Below, one piece after another: positions 1-9,576 of a stretch of DNA of 62,240 nt. The stretch is from assembly GCA_964397435.1 (NCBI GenBank), contig CAYNHU010000003.1, positions 29,731 through 91,970 of the forward strand. The letters run 5' to 3'. The notes under the pieces are model-generated. The model was not told where the DNA came from, ran no database searches, and was given only the letters and a program-made list of their open reading frames with translations. The DNA is from an uncultured Candidatus Saccharibacteria bacterium (lineage in GTDB: Bacteria; Patescibacteriota; Minisyncoccia; Phycocordibacterales; UBA9973). The position numbers and the translations under genes are program-made. Within the stretch, counting starts at the first letter, position 1, and the number at the start of each line of letters is the position of its first letter.

Positions 1-978
1 CGTATACCCCATTTCATTGTCGTACCAGCCCATCACTTTGACCAAGTTGCCGTCTACGACGCGAGTCATTGCGAGGTCAGCGATTGATGCATGTGATTCT
101 CCGAGAATATCACTTGAGACGAGTGGGTCTTTGGTAACTGCAAATACGTTTGACCAGCGTGGATCAAGTGCTGCTTTGGTGAGAATCTGGTTTACTTCCT
201 CAGCCGTCGTTGTTCGTTTTGCGAGGAATGTAACGTCTACAATTGAGCCAGCTGGAACTGGAACGCGAATAGAAATACCGTCGAATTTACCTTCGAGACT
301 TGGATATGCTTTGGTAACTGCAATCGCTGCACCAGTTGAACTTGGAACAATGTTTTGCGCAGCAGCGCGACCTTCACGAAGATCTTTTTTACTTGGGCCG
401 TCAACGAGCGCCTGAGATGCTGTATAGCCATGCACGGTATTCAAAATTGCTTTTTCGATACCAAGTGCTTCATCGAGAATACCGATGAGTGGTGATGCTG
501 CATTTGTTGTACATGATGCGTTTGAAGTAATGTCGCATGTGCCGAATTTGTTTTCGTTGACTGACATGAGAATAGTTGCACCCGGCACAGTACCAGCTTC
601 GTCTTTTGCTGGAGCACTGATAACAACTTTTTTAGCGCCACAATCAAGATGGAACTTTGCTTTTTCAAATGAAGTAAATAAACCAGTTGATTCAACAACC
701 ACATCAACACCGAGTTCTTTCCATGGGAGTTTTGTCGTATCTTTTTCTGAGATAAATTTTACAGGAACTTCATCAATCAAAAGTCCTTGTTCGTTGTGGC
801 TAATTTCGTATTCCCATTTTTTGTATACAGTATCGTATTGCAAAAGATATGCGAGTGACTCAAGTGATCCGAGGTCATTTACCGCAACAATTTCAATTTC
901 TGGTCGTTCCCATGCGATTTTGAGAAATGCACGACCGATACGGCCAAAGCCGTTAATAGCTACTTTGATCTTCTTCAT
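1..978 (-). CDS. gap: glyceraldehyde-3-phosphate dehydrogenase (type I); C-terminus cut by window edge
   Basis: Hand translation of the minus strand from ATG (cat at 976-978) gives MKKIKVAINGFGRIGR (Rossmann), then TSNASCTTN (catalytic Cys box, about 500-540), then VMGWYDNEMGYT at position 1. It is missing from the ORF track only because no stop lies inside the window. Plus-strand ORFs 17..415 and 485..1000 are its shadows. Confidence 0.9.
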   Translation of the reverse strand, partial: MKKIKVAINGFGRIGRAFLKIAWERPEIEIVAVNDLGSLESLAYLLQYDTVYKKWEYEISHNEQGLLIDEVPVKFISEKDTTKLPWKELGVDVVVESTGLFTSFEKAKFHLDCGAKKVVISAPAKDEAGTVPGATILMSVNENKFGTCDITSNASCTTNAASPLIGILDEALGIEKAILNTVHGYTASQALVDGPSKKDLREGRAAAQNIVPSSTGAAIAVTKAYPSLEGKFDGISIRVPVPAGSIVDVTFLAKRTTTAEEVNQILTKAALDPRWSNVFAVTKDPLVSSDILGESHASIADLAMTRVVDGNLVKVMGWYDNEMGYT

Positions 979-996
979 ACGTTCTATTATACCTTT

Positions 997-1767
997 TTAG
1001 CGCACAACGACAACATCGCCGCTGTATTTTGCCATGCGTCGAGCAAGCGTTACCTCAGAAAGTGTGTATGTTCCGTACAATGGATCAGCTATAGTGAAAA
1101 AAAGTTCACCATACTGTGAGTAAAAACCAGTTATGACAGCAACATGGTTACGAAAAAATCGAATTGGTTTGCCTTCAAGTGTTGTGTACACCAACGACCC
1201 ACCAATATATGAATCAGGAACGTGCCAGAAAATAACTGGGTTGCCTTGTTTGAGTTCAGTGAGTACTTCACGTGGCGTGTATCCTGAATATGCTTCACTT
1301 TGTGGTCGATACTGTTGCGCAACGCGAGCAATTGGCCCGTTGTTAACACCCCAACCAGTTGCACCACGCATACCGCGGATTTCACTTGAAAATAATCCGT
1401 TCACATTGCCAACAAAACCAATGTTCGGATCACCCCATACCATTGTTTTGCTTTCGAGATAGCTCTTGTATGGTTCACTTACGCCAATTTGCTCAAGCAA
1501 TGCATCTTGTGTGACTGCAATTCCATAATGCGCGAGTGACATTTGCAAACTAGCCGCTTCACATGAGAGTTTGTAGATCTGTTTGTAGTGTGGCAATGGT
1601 AGTGTCACTTCACCAGTGAGTGTTGCTTGTGCGCGAGGGATGAATTTATTTGTTTTTGTCAGGAGTCTGAGTGTATGTGACGTGCTGATTGCACGTTCAA
1701 AAAAGCTCGTCGGCTGTCCGAGTGCTACCTGTGAGGCAATGTAAAAGCCAATGACCGACGAAAGCAT
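997..1767 (-). CDS. C39-like cysteine peptidase (YvpB/Peptidase_C39_2-like), membrane-anchored or secreted
   Basis: 256-aa ORF with a hydrophobic N-terminus. Contains KLSCEAASLQMSLAHYG (Cys box) and a later NHVAVITG (His block). Confidence 0.6.
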   Translation of the reverse strand: MLSSVIGFYIASQVALGQPTSFFERAISTSHTLRLLTKTNKFIPRAQATLTGEVTLPLPHYKQIYKLSCEAASLQMSLAHYGIAVTQDALLEQIGVSEPYKSYLESKTMVWGDPNIGFVGNVNGLFSSEIRGMRGATGWGVNNGPIARVAQQYRPQSEAYSGYTPREVLTELKQGNPVIFWHVPDSYIGGSLVYTTLEGKPIRFFRNHVAVITGFYSQYGELFFTIADPLYGTYTLSEVTLARRMAKYSGDVVVVR

Positions 1768-1774
1768 AAGGTCG

Positions 1775-3193
1775 TTATTTCAAAAGATCTTCTAATACAC
1801 TTTTTGCTAATGCGGGATTCGCAGCACCTTTTGTTTCGCGCATAATCATACCAACGAGTGCCATGAGTGCAGCTGCTTTACCATTACGATAGTCTGTAGC
1901 GATTTTTTCATTTGCATCAATGATTGTCTGTGCAATTGCTTTGAGTTCTTCAGGGTTTTGCTTTTGAATCAAGCCGCGTTCTTCAGCGATGAGTTTTGGT
2001 GAGCGATCTTCGATTTTCAAAATAGGAAGCATGTCTTTTGCTGCGCGTGATGAAATAGAACCATCAGCAATCATACTAACGAGCTCAGCAAGTTGATGCG
2101 CATGTGGAAATTCAAACGTAGGATCTTTTTTGCGAAGACCAATCAAATCTGATGTAATGTAGTTTGATGCAATCTTGAGTTTTTCCTTGTCGCCACCAAG
2201 TTCAACAGCAACGTCTTCGAAATACATTGCGAGATCAAAGTCAGCGATGTAACTTTCAATATCCTCTGCTTTGATACCAAACGTTTCGCCATAGCGAAGA
2301 CGCTTCTGTGCAGGAAGTTCAGGGAGAGACGCTTTAATCTCTGGAATATTGAACGCGTCAGCGAGTGTAAGTTTCGGAAGATCTGGATCTGGGAAATAGC
2401 GGTAGTCTTCGGCATGTTCTTTGCGGCGTTGTGAGACAGTACGCTGCTTTGTTTCGTCCCAGCCACGAGTTTCCTTCACAATTTCGTGAATTTTACCTGC
2501 TTCAATCAACTCAATCATACGTTTCTGTTCGTAGAGTGCTGCACGTTCTGCTGCTTTGAATGAGTTAATGTTTTTTACTTCAACAGGCACACCAAACTTT
2601 CCTTCTTCGGTTGAAACTGAAATGTTAACTTCAACACGCATCTGACCTTTATCCATGTTTGCATCAGACGCATTGAGATAACGAAGAATGAGTTGGAGTT
2701 CACTTGCAAATGCACCAATAGTTTCAATATCGTGAATAACTGGTTCGGTCACTAATTCCATGAGTGGGACACCGGCACGGTTAAAATCAACGAGTGAGTA
2801 GTCGCCTTTTTCGTGATCTGAGGTTGCAGTATCTTCTTCGAGGTGAATACGAGTGAGTTTTACGCCCGCGAGTTCACCACCAGCAACGATTGGATACTTG
2901 TACTGACTGATTTGGTACGCTTTTGGAATATCAGGGTAGAAATAGTTCTTGCGATCAAATTCTGTAAAGTCAGCAATCTGTCCACCAAGCGCAGCACCTA
3001 CTTGGATAACTTTTTTGACAGCTTCTTTGTTAATCACAGGAAGTGTTCCTGGGTGTGCCATACAAACAGGACACACGTTTGTGTTTGGACGTGCTTCATC
3101 TGGGTCGTTTTTGCAACCACAAAACATTTTTGACGCGGTTTTAAGTTCGGCGTGAATTTCAAGGCCGATAGTCGTGTAGTACTGCTTTGACAT
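1775..3193 (-). CDS. gatB: aspartyl/glutamyl-tRNA amidotransferase subunit B
   Basis: Motifs YYTTIGLEIHAELKT and CPVCMAHPGTLPV, plus a C-terminal GatB/YqeY helical domain. ATG at 3193 (MSKQYY) is preferred over the track start at 3208, which is TTG. Confidence 0.93.
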   Translation of the reverse strand: MSKQYYTTIGLEIHAELKTASKMFCGCKNDPDEARPNTNVCPVCMAHPGTLPVINKEAVKKVIQVGAALGGQIADFTEFDRKNYFYPDIPKAYQISQYKYPIVAGGELAGVKLTRIHLEEDTATSDHEKGDYSLVDFNRAGVPLMELVTEPVIHDIETIGAFASELQLILRYLNASDANMDKGQMRVEVNISVSTEEGKFGVPVEVKNINSFKAAERAALYEQKRMIELIEAGKIHEIVKETRGWDETKQRTVSQRRKEHAEDYRYFPDPDLPKLTLADAFNIPEIKASLPELPAQKRLRYGETFGIKAEDIESYIADFDLAMYFEDVAVELGGDKEKLKIASNYITSDLIGLRKKDPTFEFPHAHQLAELVSMIADGSISSRAAKDMLPILKIEDRSPKLIAEERGLIQKQNPEELKAIAQTIIDANEKIATDYRNGKAAALMALVGMIMRETKGAANPALAKSVLEDLLK

Positions 3194-3276
3194 TGCCACA
3201 GTATACAAAACAAAGGCTGTTCCTCATACTTGACGGTATATCTAAAAATGGTATTTTATAAAAAACTCCTACTACA

Positions 3277-3753
3277 ATGCAAAACTCACATGTTACCACT
3301 CAACCGGAAGTTATTACCTTGCCTGCAACGACTGCACTCTTTCGTACCATTCTCAGCAACTTGTTGTTTGAGTATGCTCAAACACATGAAATGACGTACG
3401 CTAGTATTGCTGATATTTTTCACAAAGTCGCAGGTGTTTCTGTTGATACTGCGGGAAGAATTTTGAACCGTGTACCAGACATACGTCCTGATACGCTCGA
3501 AAAAGTTATTCCCGGAATTGGTAAACTTACAGCAGAACCATTTCTGACTAGAATACTGTGCCAGATGATTAAAAACGAAATCAAACATGTGGTGTTTCCT
3601 CGACCACAAGAAGATCTGACTGACCATCAAATGCGTATTCTCGATTGGTTTGTTGAAAATTCATCTGATTCCCCTCGAGTGATGGAGAACCACAAAACAT
3701 ACACCATGAAATACGGTAGCCGTATTTGTACTAAAAAACGCATTGATGCATAA
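3277..3753 (+). CDS. hypothetical protein, possible helix-turn-helix
   Basis: 158-aa ORF. MTYASIADIFHKVAGVSVDTAGRILNRV looks HTH-like. No family recognised. Confidence 0.55.
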   Translation: MQNSHVTTQPEVITLPATTALFRTILSNLLFEYAQTHEMTYASIADIFHKVAGVSVDTAGRILNRVPDIRPDTLEKVIPGIGKLTAEPFLTRILCQMIKNEIKHVVFPRPQEDLTDHQMRILDWFVENSSDSPRVMENHKTYTMKYGSRICTKKRIDA

Positions 3754-3800
3754 CACCAATGCGCAAAACATAGACTTGATTCGAGATTTTCTCGGTCAGG

Positions 3801-4787
3801 CTATTTTTTTAGGAGTGCACGAAGCTCAGCTGCGAATGCTTTGATTGAATCGTTGTCGTAAAGCGAGATAGTCAAAACTTTCTTGCCTGTTTTTTCAAAA
3901 TCTTTTACTTTTTTTGCAACAATTTTTGGATCATCAATGACATCAGTTTTTGTGAGGAGAATAACTTCATCTTTTTCATCAAGACCGTTACCGTACGATG
4001 CAAGTTCTTTGCGAATTTCTTTGTAAACTTTCATCATGCCATTTTTCTCGTTGAGTTCATTTTCAAATGACACAAGATGGAGCAACTGTTTGGTGCGCTT
4101 GATGTGTTTTAAAAATCGAATACCGAGTCCACGACCTTCACTCGCGCCTTCAATCAATCCAGGAATATCTGCAATGATGTGTCCGTAGAAATCACCGAGA
4201 TTCGGATCGAGTGTTGTAAACGCGTAGTCGCCAACTTTTGCAGACGCGTTAGTGATGTTATTGAGCAAACTTGATTTACCAGCGTTTGGCAATCCAATCA
4301 GTCCAATATCAGCAAACAATTCAAGTTCAATATGAAATGCTGCCGCTTCGCCCGGTTTACCGTAAGTAAATTTAGTTGGTGTAGTATGTTCTGAACTTTT
4401 GAAAAATTCATTACCCATACCACCACGACCACCTTTCAACAAAGTGACGCGCTGTCCTTCTTTTTCGAGTGAAAAACGCTCACCGGTGTCGAGGTTGGTA
4501 ATGACAGTACCAATAGGAAAATCCAAAACGAGATCTTTACCATCACGTCCGTGCATGCTTTTACCTTCGCCAGGAAAACCATGTTCCGCAGAATAGTGTT
4601 TCTTTTGAGTGTATTTATTGAGCGTATGCATATTGCGAACAGCCTGAGCGATAATTTTACCACCCTTACCGCCGTCGCCACCCGCAGGACCTCCTTTTGG
4701 AATAAATTTTTCCTTGCGCCAACGAACAACGCCGTCACCGCCTTTCCCCGCTTCTGCTGTTATTTTTACTTCATCTATAAATGCCAT
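3801..4787 (-). CDS. obg: GTPase Obg/CgtA
   Basis: Glycine-rich Obg fold (GKGGDGVVRWRKEKF, GGDGGKGG), P-loop GLPNAGKSS and G4 motif TKTD. Confidence 0.93.
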   Translation of the reverse strand: MAFIDEVKITAEAGKGGDGVVRWRKEKFIPKGGPAGGDGGKGGKIIAQAVRNMHTLNKYTQKKHYSAEHGFPGEGKSMHGRDGKDLVLDFPIGTVITNLDTGERFSLEKEGQRVTLLKGGRGGMGNEFFKSSEHTTPTKFTYGKPGEAAAFHIELELFADIGLIGLPNAGKSSLLNNITNASAKVGDYAFTTLDPNLGDFYGHIIADIPGLIEGASEGRGLGIRFLKHIKRTKQLLHLVSFENELNEKNGMMKVYKEIRKELASYGNGLDEKDEVILLTKTDVIDDPKIVAKKVKDFEKTGKKVLTISLYDNDSIKAFAAELRALLKK

Positions 4788-4792
4788 ATATG

Positions 4793-5212
4793 TTACGCGG
4801 CCAATCCTTGCTGTGATGCAAGCAATGCGCCTTGTTCAGTTAGTAGTTCCTTAAATGTTTCTTTTATCGCTTTAACATCGAGTTTCAGACGATAGCTTTC
4901 ATGACCCTCACGATTACCGTATGAAAGTGTCGCGACTTCTTTGCCGTAGACTCGATTGATATCGTTCATTTTTCGAGCAGCTTTGTCGTAATGGAAAAAG
5001 AGAAATGGTTTCTTTTCAGTATCATGCAACTCTTCGTGAAGCTGGAGCCAGTATGCGTACAGCTTGAGTTTTTCTTGATACCCCGGTATTTCCTCAAGAA
5101 AACGAACTGGCTGTTTCATTGCTCGAACAGACTCACGGTCTTCGAGTAAACGTTCAGCATTTTCCATCGTCAGAAGTTTTAAAGATCGTGTAATCTTGGG
5201 TACTCCTTCCAT
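4793..5212 (-). CDS. hypothetical protein
   Basis: 139-aa ORF packed between the MYG1-like gene and obg on the same strand. No motif recognised. Confidence 0.55.
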   Translation of the reverse strand: MEGVPKITRSLKLLTMENAERLLEDRESVRAMKQPVRFLEEIPGYQEKLKLYAYWLQLHEELHDTEKKPFLFFHYDKAARKMNDINRVYGKEVATLSYGNREGHESYRLKLDVKAIKETFKELLTEQGALLASQQGLAA

Positions 5213-5222
5213 ATCTTGTACT

Positions 5223-6119
5223 TTAAGCTTGAATGGCTAATTTAGCAAGTGCCAAGATGCCTTCCTTTGATCGAGCAACAGCGAGCCAACGACCATTGTG
5301 ACAAAACTGTGCATCAGAAACTCCAGTTACTTGTGCCAACTGTTCGTTCATTAATCCTGCCCATGCTTTAGGTAAATCCTTGCGGCGCTCGAATGAGTGC
5401 GCTTTTGCTGAGACTCCAACGAGTCTCCATGTGCCATCAGTGTTTGGTAATACCATAAAAAGCGGTTCTGGATATTTCATGAGCACATCTTCGGCTGGAA
5501 CACTCTGATCAAATACGATAACTCGCTTGTCAGAACTTGCTTGGTAGACTTCTTCAACGATAGCTTCAGCTTCGGCGCTTGCTTGTGCTCGAATAATAGT
5601 TCGTTCGAGTACTTTTTCTGCGAGCGCAACCAAATCAAGGAAAATACTATCAAGCAATGCGTCGTCTTCTTTCCATGTTGTTCGAAATGCATAAAAAAGA
5701 TTTTGTACGGTAAATGGTGTAACATCAGGAATAATTTCAGTCGAAACTTCTTTACCATTATCTTCAAGGTCAATTGGCTGGAATAATTTCTGATCAATCT
5801 TTTGTGTTAATGCTGGATTACCGGTCAGCATGTCGCCGTATGTTTTCCAGACAAGACCACATGATGCGTACGGTATACCATTTGAACGTTCACCAGCGCC
5901 GCCTTTTTGATGGTGATCAAATCGGCGCTTTTCTGGATCATAGATACCGCCAACATCAAACACAAAATCTCCGACAGCGATAACTTCAGGATTGCGAGTT
6001 CGAACCACTGTCCATGTTGAGCCTTCTTGCTTTGCAACGAGAGCCAAAATAGCGCAGGCAAAAATATCGTCCGCGTGGAATCGAGCATTATGGGTAACAA
6101 AAGTATAGTGTTGTGACAT
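5223..6119 (-). CDS. MYG1/UPF0160 family metal-dependent hydrolase
   Basis: Motifs THNARFHADDIFACAIL and RRFDHHQKGG are characteristic of the MYG1 (DHH-like) family. Confidence 0.75.
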   Translation of the reverse strand: MSQHYTFVTHNARFHADDIFACAILALVAKQEGSTWTVVRTRNPEVIAVGDFVFDVGGIYDPEKRRFDHHQKGGAGERSNGIPYASCGLVWKTYGDMLTGNPALTQKIDQKLFQPIDLEDNGKEVSTEIIPDVTPFTVQNLFYAFRTTWKEDDALLDSIFLDLVALAEKVLERTIIRAQASAEAEAIVEEVYQASSDKRVIVFDQSVPAEDVLMKYPEPLFMVLPNTDGTWRLVGVSAKAHSFERRKDLPKAWAGLMNEQLAQVTGVSDAQFCHNGRWLAVARSKEGILALAKLAIQA

Positions 6120-6128
6120 GCCTGTATA

Positions 6129-6722
6129 TTACTCCTCTGACTCCAAATACTCAACAACGAACGCTACAATACGTTCAACGAGCAAGAACGCAATGATTCC
6201 GAGTGCGATGTAGAGCGCAACTTTACGCAAATCGTGTGAAAACGCGAATGCGGTCGCACTAAAGAAATACCCGATTGAAAACATAACCGTAATCCACACT
6301 ACAGATGAAACTGCTTCAGCGGTTAAATACGTTCGCAATTTTGAACCAGTATAGCCGGCAAAAATAATAGTGAAATGGTTCAGCCCGTAAATAAATTTTG
6401 AGAAAAAGAGTGACCAGAATGGTTTACGCGTAAAGTGTGGAAACACAACAAGCACGCGCTTCTCGATAAAATCAAACAATTTGTTTTTTGGAATATATTT
6501 TTTAAGAAACGCGCCAATTCCATACCCAAAAAATGTTTTGGTTGTTGCGCCAATAACTGCGAGTGGGATAGCAACATGTGCTGGTAAGATATGTGTATGC
6601 GCCAAAATTCCAAGCACAATCAACACCAACTCCCCTTCGAGTAAAATCGACAAAATCACCAGTCCATATACCGCAAACTGGTGATCCGCAATCAGGCGTG
6701 TAATTGGTTCAATTAACAGCAT
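6129..6722 (-). CDS. DedA/SNARE-associated family membrane protein
   Basis: Multi-TM ORF with a DedA-like core (TTKTFFGYGIGAFLKK, FFSKFIYGLNHFTIIFAG). ATG at 6722 (MLLIEP) is preferred; the track start at 6788 overlaps the upstream gene. Confidence 0.65.
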   Translation of the reverse strand: MLLIEPITRLIADHQFAVYGLVILSILLEGELVLIVLGILAHTHILPAHVAIPLAVIGATTKTFFGYGIGAFLKKYIPKNKLFDFIEKRVLVVFPHFTRKPFWSLFFSKFIYGLNHFTIIFAGYTGSKLRTYLTAEAVSSVVWITVMFSIGYFFSATAFAFSHDLRKVALYIALGIIAFLLVERIVAFVVEYLESEE

Positions 6723-6727
6723 AATGC

Positions 6728-7066
6728 TTAATCGTTCAATGTCTGTCCCGCAAGCCAGTTGATGACTGAGACAACAATTGAGCCCCAAAATGCTGCAGTA
6801 AATCCAGACACACTAAATCCTGCAACAACATATGCCACACCCCAGAAAAAGAGCGCGTTAAGTACCAATGAAAAGATACCGAGGGTCAAAATATTGATCG
6901 GCAATGTCAAAATACTAATGATCGGTTTAACAATCGTATTGATGAACGCCAAGATAGCTGCGACAACAATCGCAGTGAGAAATGTATTTACGTGAATGCC
7001 AGGAATAACATACTGAGAAGCAATCACTGAGAGTGTCAAAATGAGCCAGTGTAAAAGTACTCGCAT
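6728..7066 (-). CDS. small 4-TM membrane protein, Phage_holin_4_2/DUF360-like
   Basis: 112 aa. VIPGIHVNTFLTAIVVAAILAFINTIVKPII and LPINILTLGIFSLVLNALFFW match the DUF360 pattern. Confidence 0.65.
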   Translation of the reverse strand: MRVLLHWLILTLSVIASQYVIPGIHVNTFLTAIVVAAILAFINTIVKPIISILTLPINILTLGIFSLVLNALFFWGVAYVVAGFSVSGFTAAFWGSIVVSVINWLAGQTLND

Positions 7067-7079
7067 AGAAATAAACTAA

Positions 7080-7535
7080 TTATGCAAATAATGAGTCGAC
7101 AACTTGTTTAACGACCACACCATCAGCTTTACCAGCGAGTTCTTTCATAAGCAAACCAGTAAGTTTTCCTGCGCCTGATTTGTCGGTTACACCGAGTTCA
7201 GCTTTTTTCGCTTCAGCGATTGGACGAACTTCATCTGCAGACATGAGCTGCGGAAGATACTTTTCGAGAAGTGCAAGCTGCTCACGGTCTTCGTCAGCGA
7301 GATCAGTACGACCTGCTGCTTCAAACTGAGCAATCGCATCTTTGCGCTGTTTTGCTGTGCGAGTGATAACCTTGAGAGCTTCTTCGTCAGACAAAAGTTC
7401 CTGCGGTGTTCGACTTGTCGCAACGAGTTCATTAGTAAAAGCAGTCATAAGACCGCGGATAACAGTGAGGCGAACAGCATCTTTTGCCATCATTGCCTCT
7501 TTGAGTTCTGCTTTGATTTGTTCTTGTAGGGTCAT
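7080..7535 (-). CDS. yqeY: GatB/YqeY domain-containing protein
   Basis: MTLQEQIKAELKEAMMAKDAVRLTVIRGL is a typical YqeY N-terminus. ATG at 7535 is preferred over the track start at 7580. Confidence 0.8.
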   Translation of the reverse strand: MTLQEQIKAELKEAMMAKDAVRLTVIRGLMTAFTNELVATSRTPQELLSDEEALKVITRTAKQRKDAIAQFEAAGRTDLADEDREQLALLEKYLPQLMSADEVRPIAEAKKAELGVTDKSGAGKLTGLLMKELAGKADGVVVKQVVDSLFA

Positions 7536-7558
7536 GTGTAAGAGTATACCAAAAAATA

Positions 7559-7567
7559 TGGTACAAT
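7559..7567 (+). promoter_or_regulatory. extended -10 box TGgTACAAT, 7 nt upstream of the exonuclease ATG (leaderless-type promoter)
   Basis: The sequence tggtacaat is followed by tcatctc and then ATG at 7575. No purine-rich SD lies between them. Confidence 0.45.
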
Positions 7568-7574
7568 TCATCTC

Positions 7575-8288
7575 ATGCACAATCTTATCTTTCTAGATAC
7601 CGAAACAACCGGCATTGAAGCAACTGACTATCTCTGTCAGATTGCCTACAAAACAAAAGACGAAACAGTATGTGAATTATTCAAACCGCCACTTCGTATT
7701 CCTCCAGAAGCGAGTGCCGTGACACATATCACCAATAAAATGGTTGCTGACAAGCCAGCGTTTAAAGATTCAGCACTTTACGGAACTATTAAAACACTTT
7801 TGGAAGCACCAGAAGCTGTACTCATTGCGCACAATGCTCTCTTTGATATTCAAATGATTGCAAAAGAAGGTATTGTTCCAACAAACTACATCGACACACT
7901 CAAAATCGCTCGCTATCTCGACAAGGACGGCAAGTTTTCAATGTACAAATTACAGTATTTGCGCTACGCGCTTGATATTGAAATAGAAGCACCAGCACAC
8001 GATGCACTCGGTGATGTATTAGTGCTTGAAAAAGTATTTGATCGCATGCTCCAAGCAATGATTAAAGAAACCGGAAGTCATGATGCTGCAATTGCTCGCA
8101 TGATTGAAATTTCAGGACAGCCGATGATGATGGGGACCTTTAATTTTGGAAAATACAACGGACAGAAAGTTGTAGACGTCGCCAAAACAGATGCAGGTTA
8201 CCTCGAATGGCTCCTTGTACAAAAACTTCAAAAAGAAAGTGGCGAAGAAGATTGGATCTACACACTCAAGCATTACCTAAAAAAATAA
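7575..8288 (+). CDS. DEDDh 3'-5' exonuclease (ExoX/DnaQ-like) with a DUF3820-like C-terminal domain
   Basis: Exo motifs FLDTETTG, HNALFDIQMI and HDALGDVLV. The C-terminus FNFGKYNGQKVVDVAKTDAGYLEWLL resembles the ExoX C-terminal domain. Confidence 0.8.
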   Translation: MHNLIFLDTETTGIEATDYLCQIAYKTKDETVCELFKPPLRIPPEASAVTHITNKMVADKPAFKDSALYGTIKTLLEAPEAVLIAHNALFDIQMIAKEGIVPTNYIDTLKIARYLDKDGKFSMYKLQYLRYALDIEIEAPAHDALGDVLVLEKVFDRMLQAMIKETGSHDAAIARMIEISGQPMMMGTFNFGKYNGQKVVDVAKTDAGYLEWLLVQKLQKESGEEDWIYTLKHYLKK

Positions 8289-8468
8289 TGTTTGACTTCT
8301 AGGTCTTTTATGACCCCGAAGTAAAGCCCACTATGTTGACGACTGCGTTTAGATGAAGTAATTCATTTATCTGGGGACGATAATAAAAATAGTGACATGA
8401 ACTAGTGATAATTTATTCTAATTCGATAATAAGATTATTGATTTCGGACTTACCCCTTATAAAAATCC

Positions 8469-8500
8469 CAAACCTAAGTAGGTTTGAGATTTTTATTTTA
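8469..8500 (+). terminator. intrinsic terminator not attached to any ORF
   Basis: Stem caaacct / aggtttg with loop aagt, followed by atttttatttta. It lies about 180 nt after the exonuclease stop. Confidence 0.6.
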
Positions 8501-8518
8501 TCTATCTAATGGTAGTAT

Positions 8519-8524
8519 TATAAT
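8519..8524 (+). promoter_or_regulatory. -10 box TATAAT, 5 nt upstream of the rmuC ATG
   Basis: The sequence reads tattataattacct then ATG at 8530. No SD. Confidence 0.45.
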
Positions 8525-8529
8525 TACCT

Positions 8530-9576
8530 ATGCAAACAGCACTCATTGCTCTCATTTCGGTCGCACTTGGACTTATACTCGGCTATTTTTTGCTACGCAA
8601 AAAAGAAACGCCAAAAGCTGACGATAACTCGCTCCAACTTTTACTCCAGCAAATCAACGAGCTGTCTCGCACTGTCGACGCAAAACTTGGCGAATCACAC
8701 AAGCAAGTAAACGAATCTATTCGCTACCAATCATCAGAATCAAACCGCCTCATCCGTGAAATTACTGAGGAACTCACTCGCGTCTCAGAAGGACAAAAAC
8801 AAGTGATGTCATTTACTGATCAGCTTCGTGATTTGCAAGACATTCTCAAAAATCCAAAGCAACGCGGTATTTTGGGTGAATATTATCTCGAAACATTGCT
8901 CAAAAATGTACTTCCACCAGGAAGCTACCAAATGCAGTTTCCATTTCCAAACGGTGAAATTGTAGATGCCGCGGTGTTTGTTAAAGACAAAATTATTCCA
9001 ATCGACTCAAAATTCTCACTCGAAAACTACAACCGTATTTCTGAGACACGCGATCCTGCCGAAAAAGAACGCTACGAAAAAGTATTTTTGAACGACCTCA
9101 AAAACCGTATTATCGAAACATCAAAGTACATCCAACCAGAAAACGGCACGATGGAATTTGCATTTATGTTTATTCCACATGAAGCAATTTACTATGATTT
9201 GATCATCAACAAAATTGGCGCAATCACCGAAGACACAGAAAATCTCGTACAGCGTGCCGCAAGTAAATACAAAGTTATCATTGTTTCTCCAACATCATTC
9301 CTCGCCTATCTCCAGACCGTGTTGCAGGGTTTGAAAGCGCTCCAGATTGAAGAATCAGCAAAAGACATCATCAAGCGTGTTGGTGAATTGAGTACACACC
9401 TTCAGAAATATGAGGATTACCACACAAAACTTGGTAATGCACTTTCAACAACAGTTAACCAATACAATCTCGGAACTAAGGAGCTCAAAAAGGTAGACAA
9501 AGACGTGCTCCGTATTACGGGCACGTCTCCTGAGCTCAAACTTATTGATGTTGCTAAACCAGAACTCGAAGATTAA
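8530..9576 (+). CDS. rmuC: DNA recombination protein RmuC
   Basis: N-terminal TM and coiled coil, followed by the RmuC nuclease-like core (MEFAFMFIPHEAIYYDL, IIVSPTSFLAYL). Confidence 0.85.
   Translation: MQTALIALISVALGLILGYFLLRKKETPKADDNSLQLLLQQINELSRTVDAKLGESHKQVNESIRYQSSESNRLIREITEELTRVSEGQKQVMSFTDQLRDLQDILKNPKQRGILGEYYLETLLKNVLPPGSYQMQFPFPNGEIVDAAVFVKDKIIPIDSKFSLENYNRISETRDPAEKERYEKVFLNDLKNRIIETSKYIQPENGTMEFAFMFIPHEAIYYDLIINKIGAITEDTENLVQRAASKYKVIIVSPTSFLAYLQTVLQGLKALQIEESAKDIIKRVGELSTHLQKYEDYHTKLGNALSTTVNQYNLGTKELKKVDKDVLRITGTSPELKLIDVAKPELED

Noticed and set aside
17-1000. Plus-strand ORFs 17..415 and 485..1000, and minus-strand ORFs 237..431 and 441..710
   Set aside because: The translations are low-complexity and Ser/Thr/Ala-rich. 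The same DNA on the minus strand in the third frame encodes an unmistakable GAPDH running off the window edge. These are shadow ORFs.
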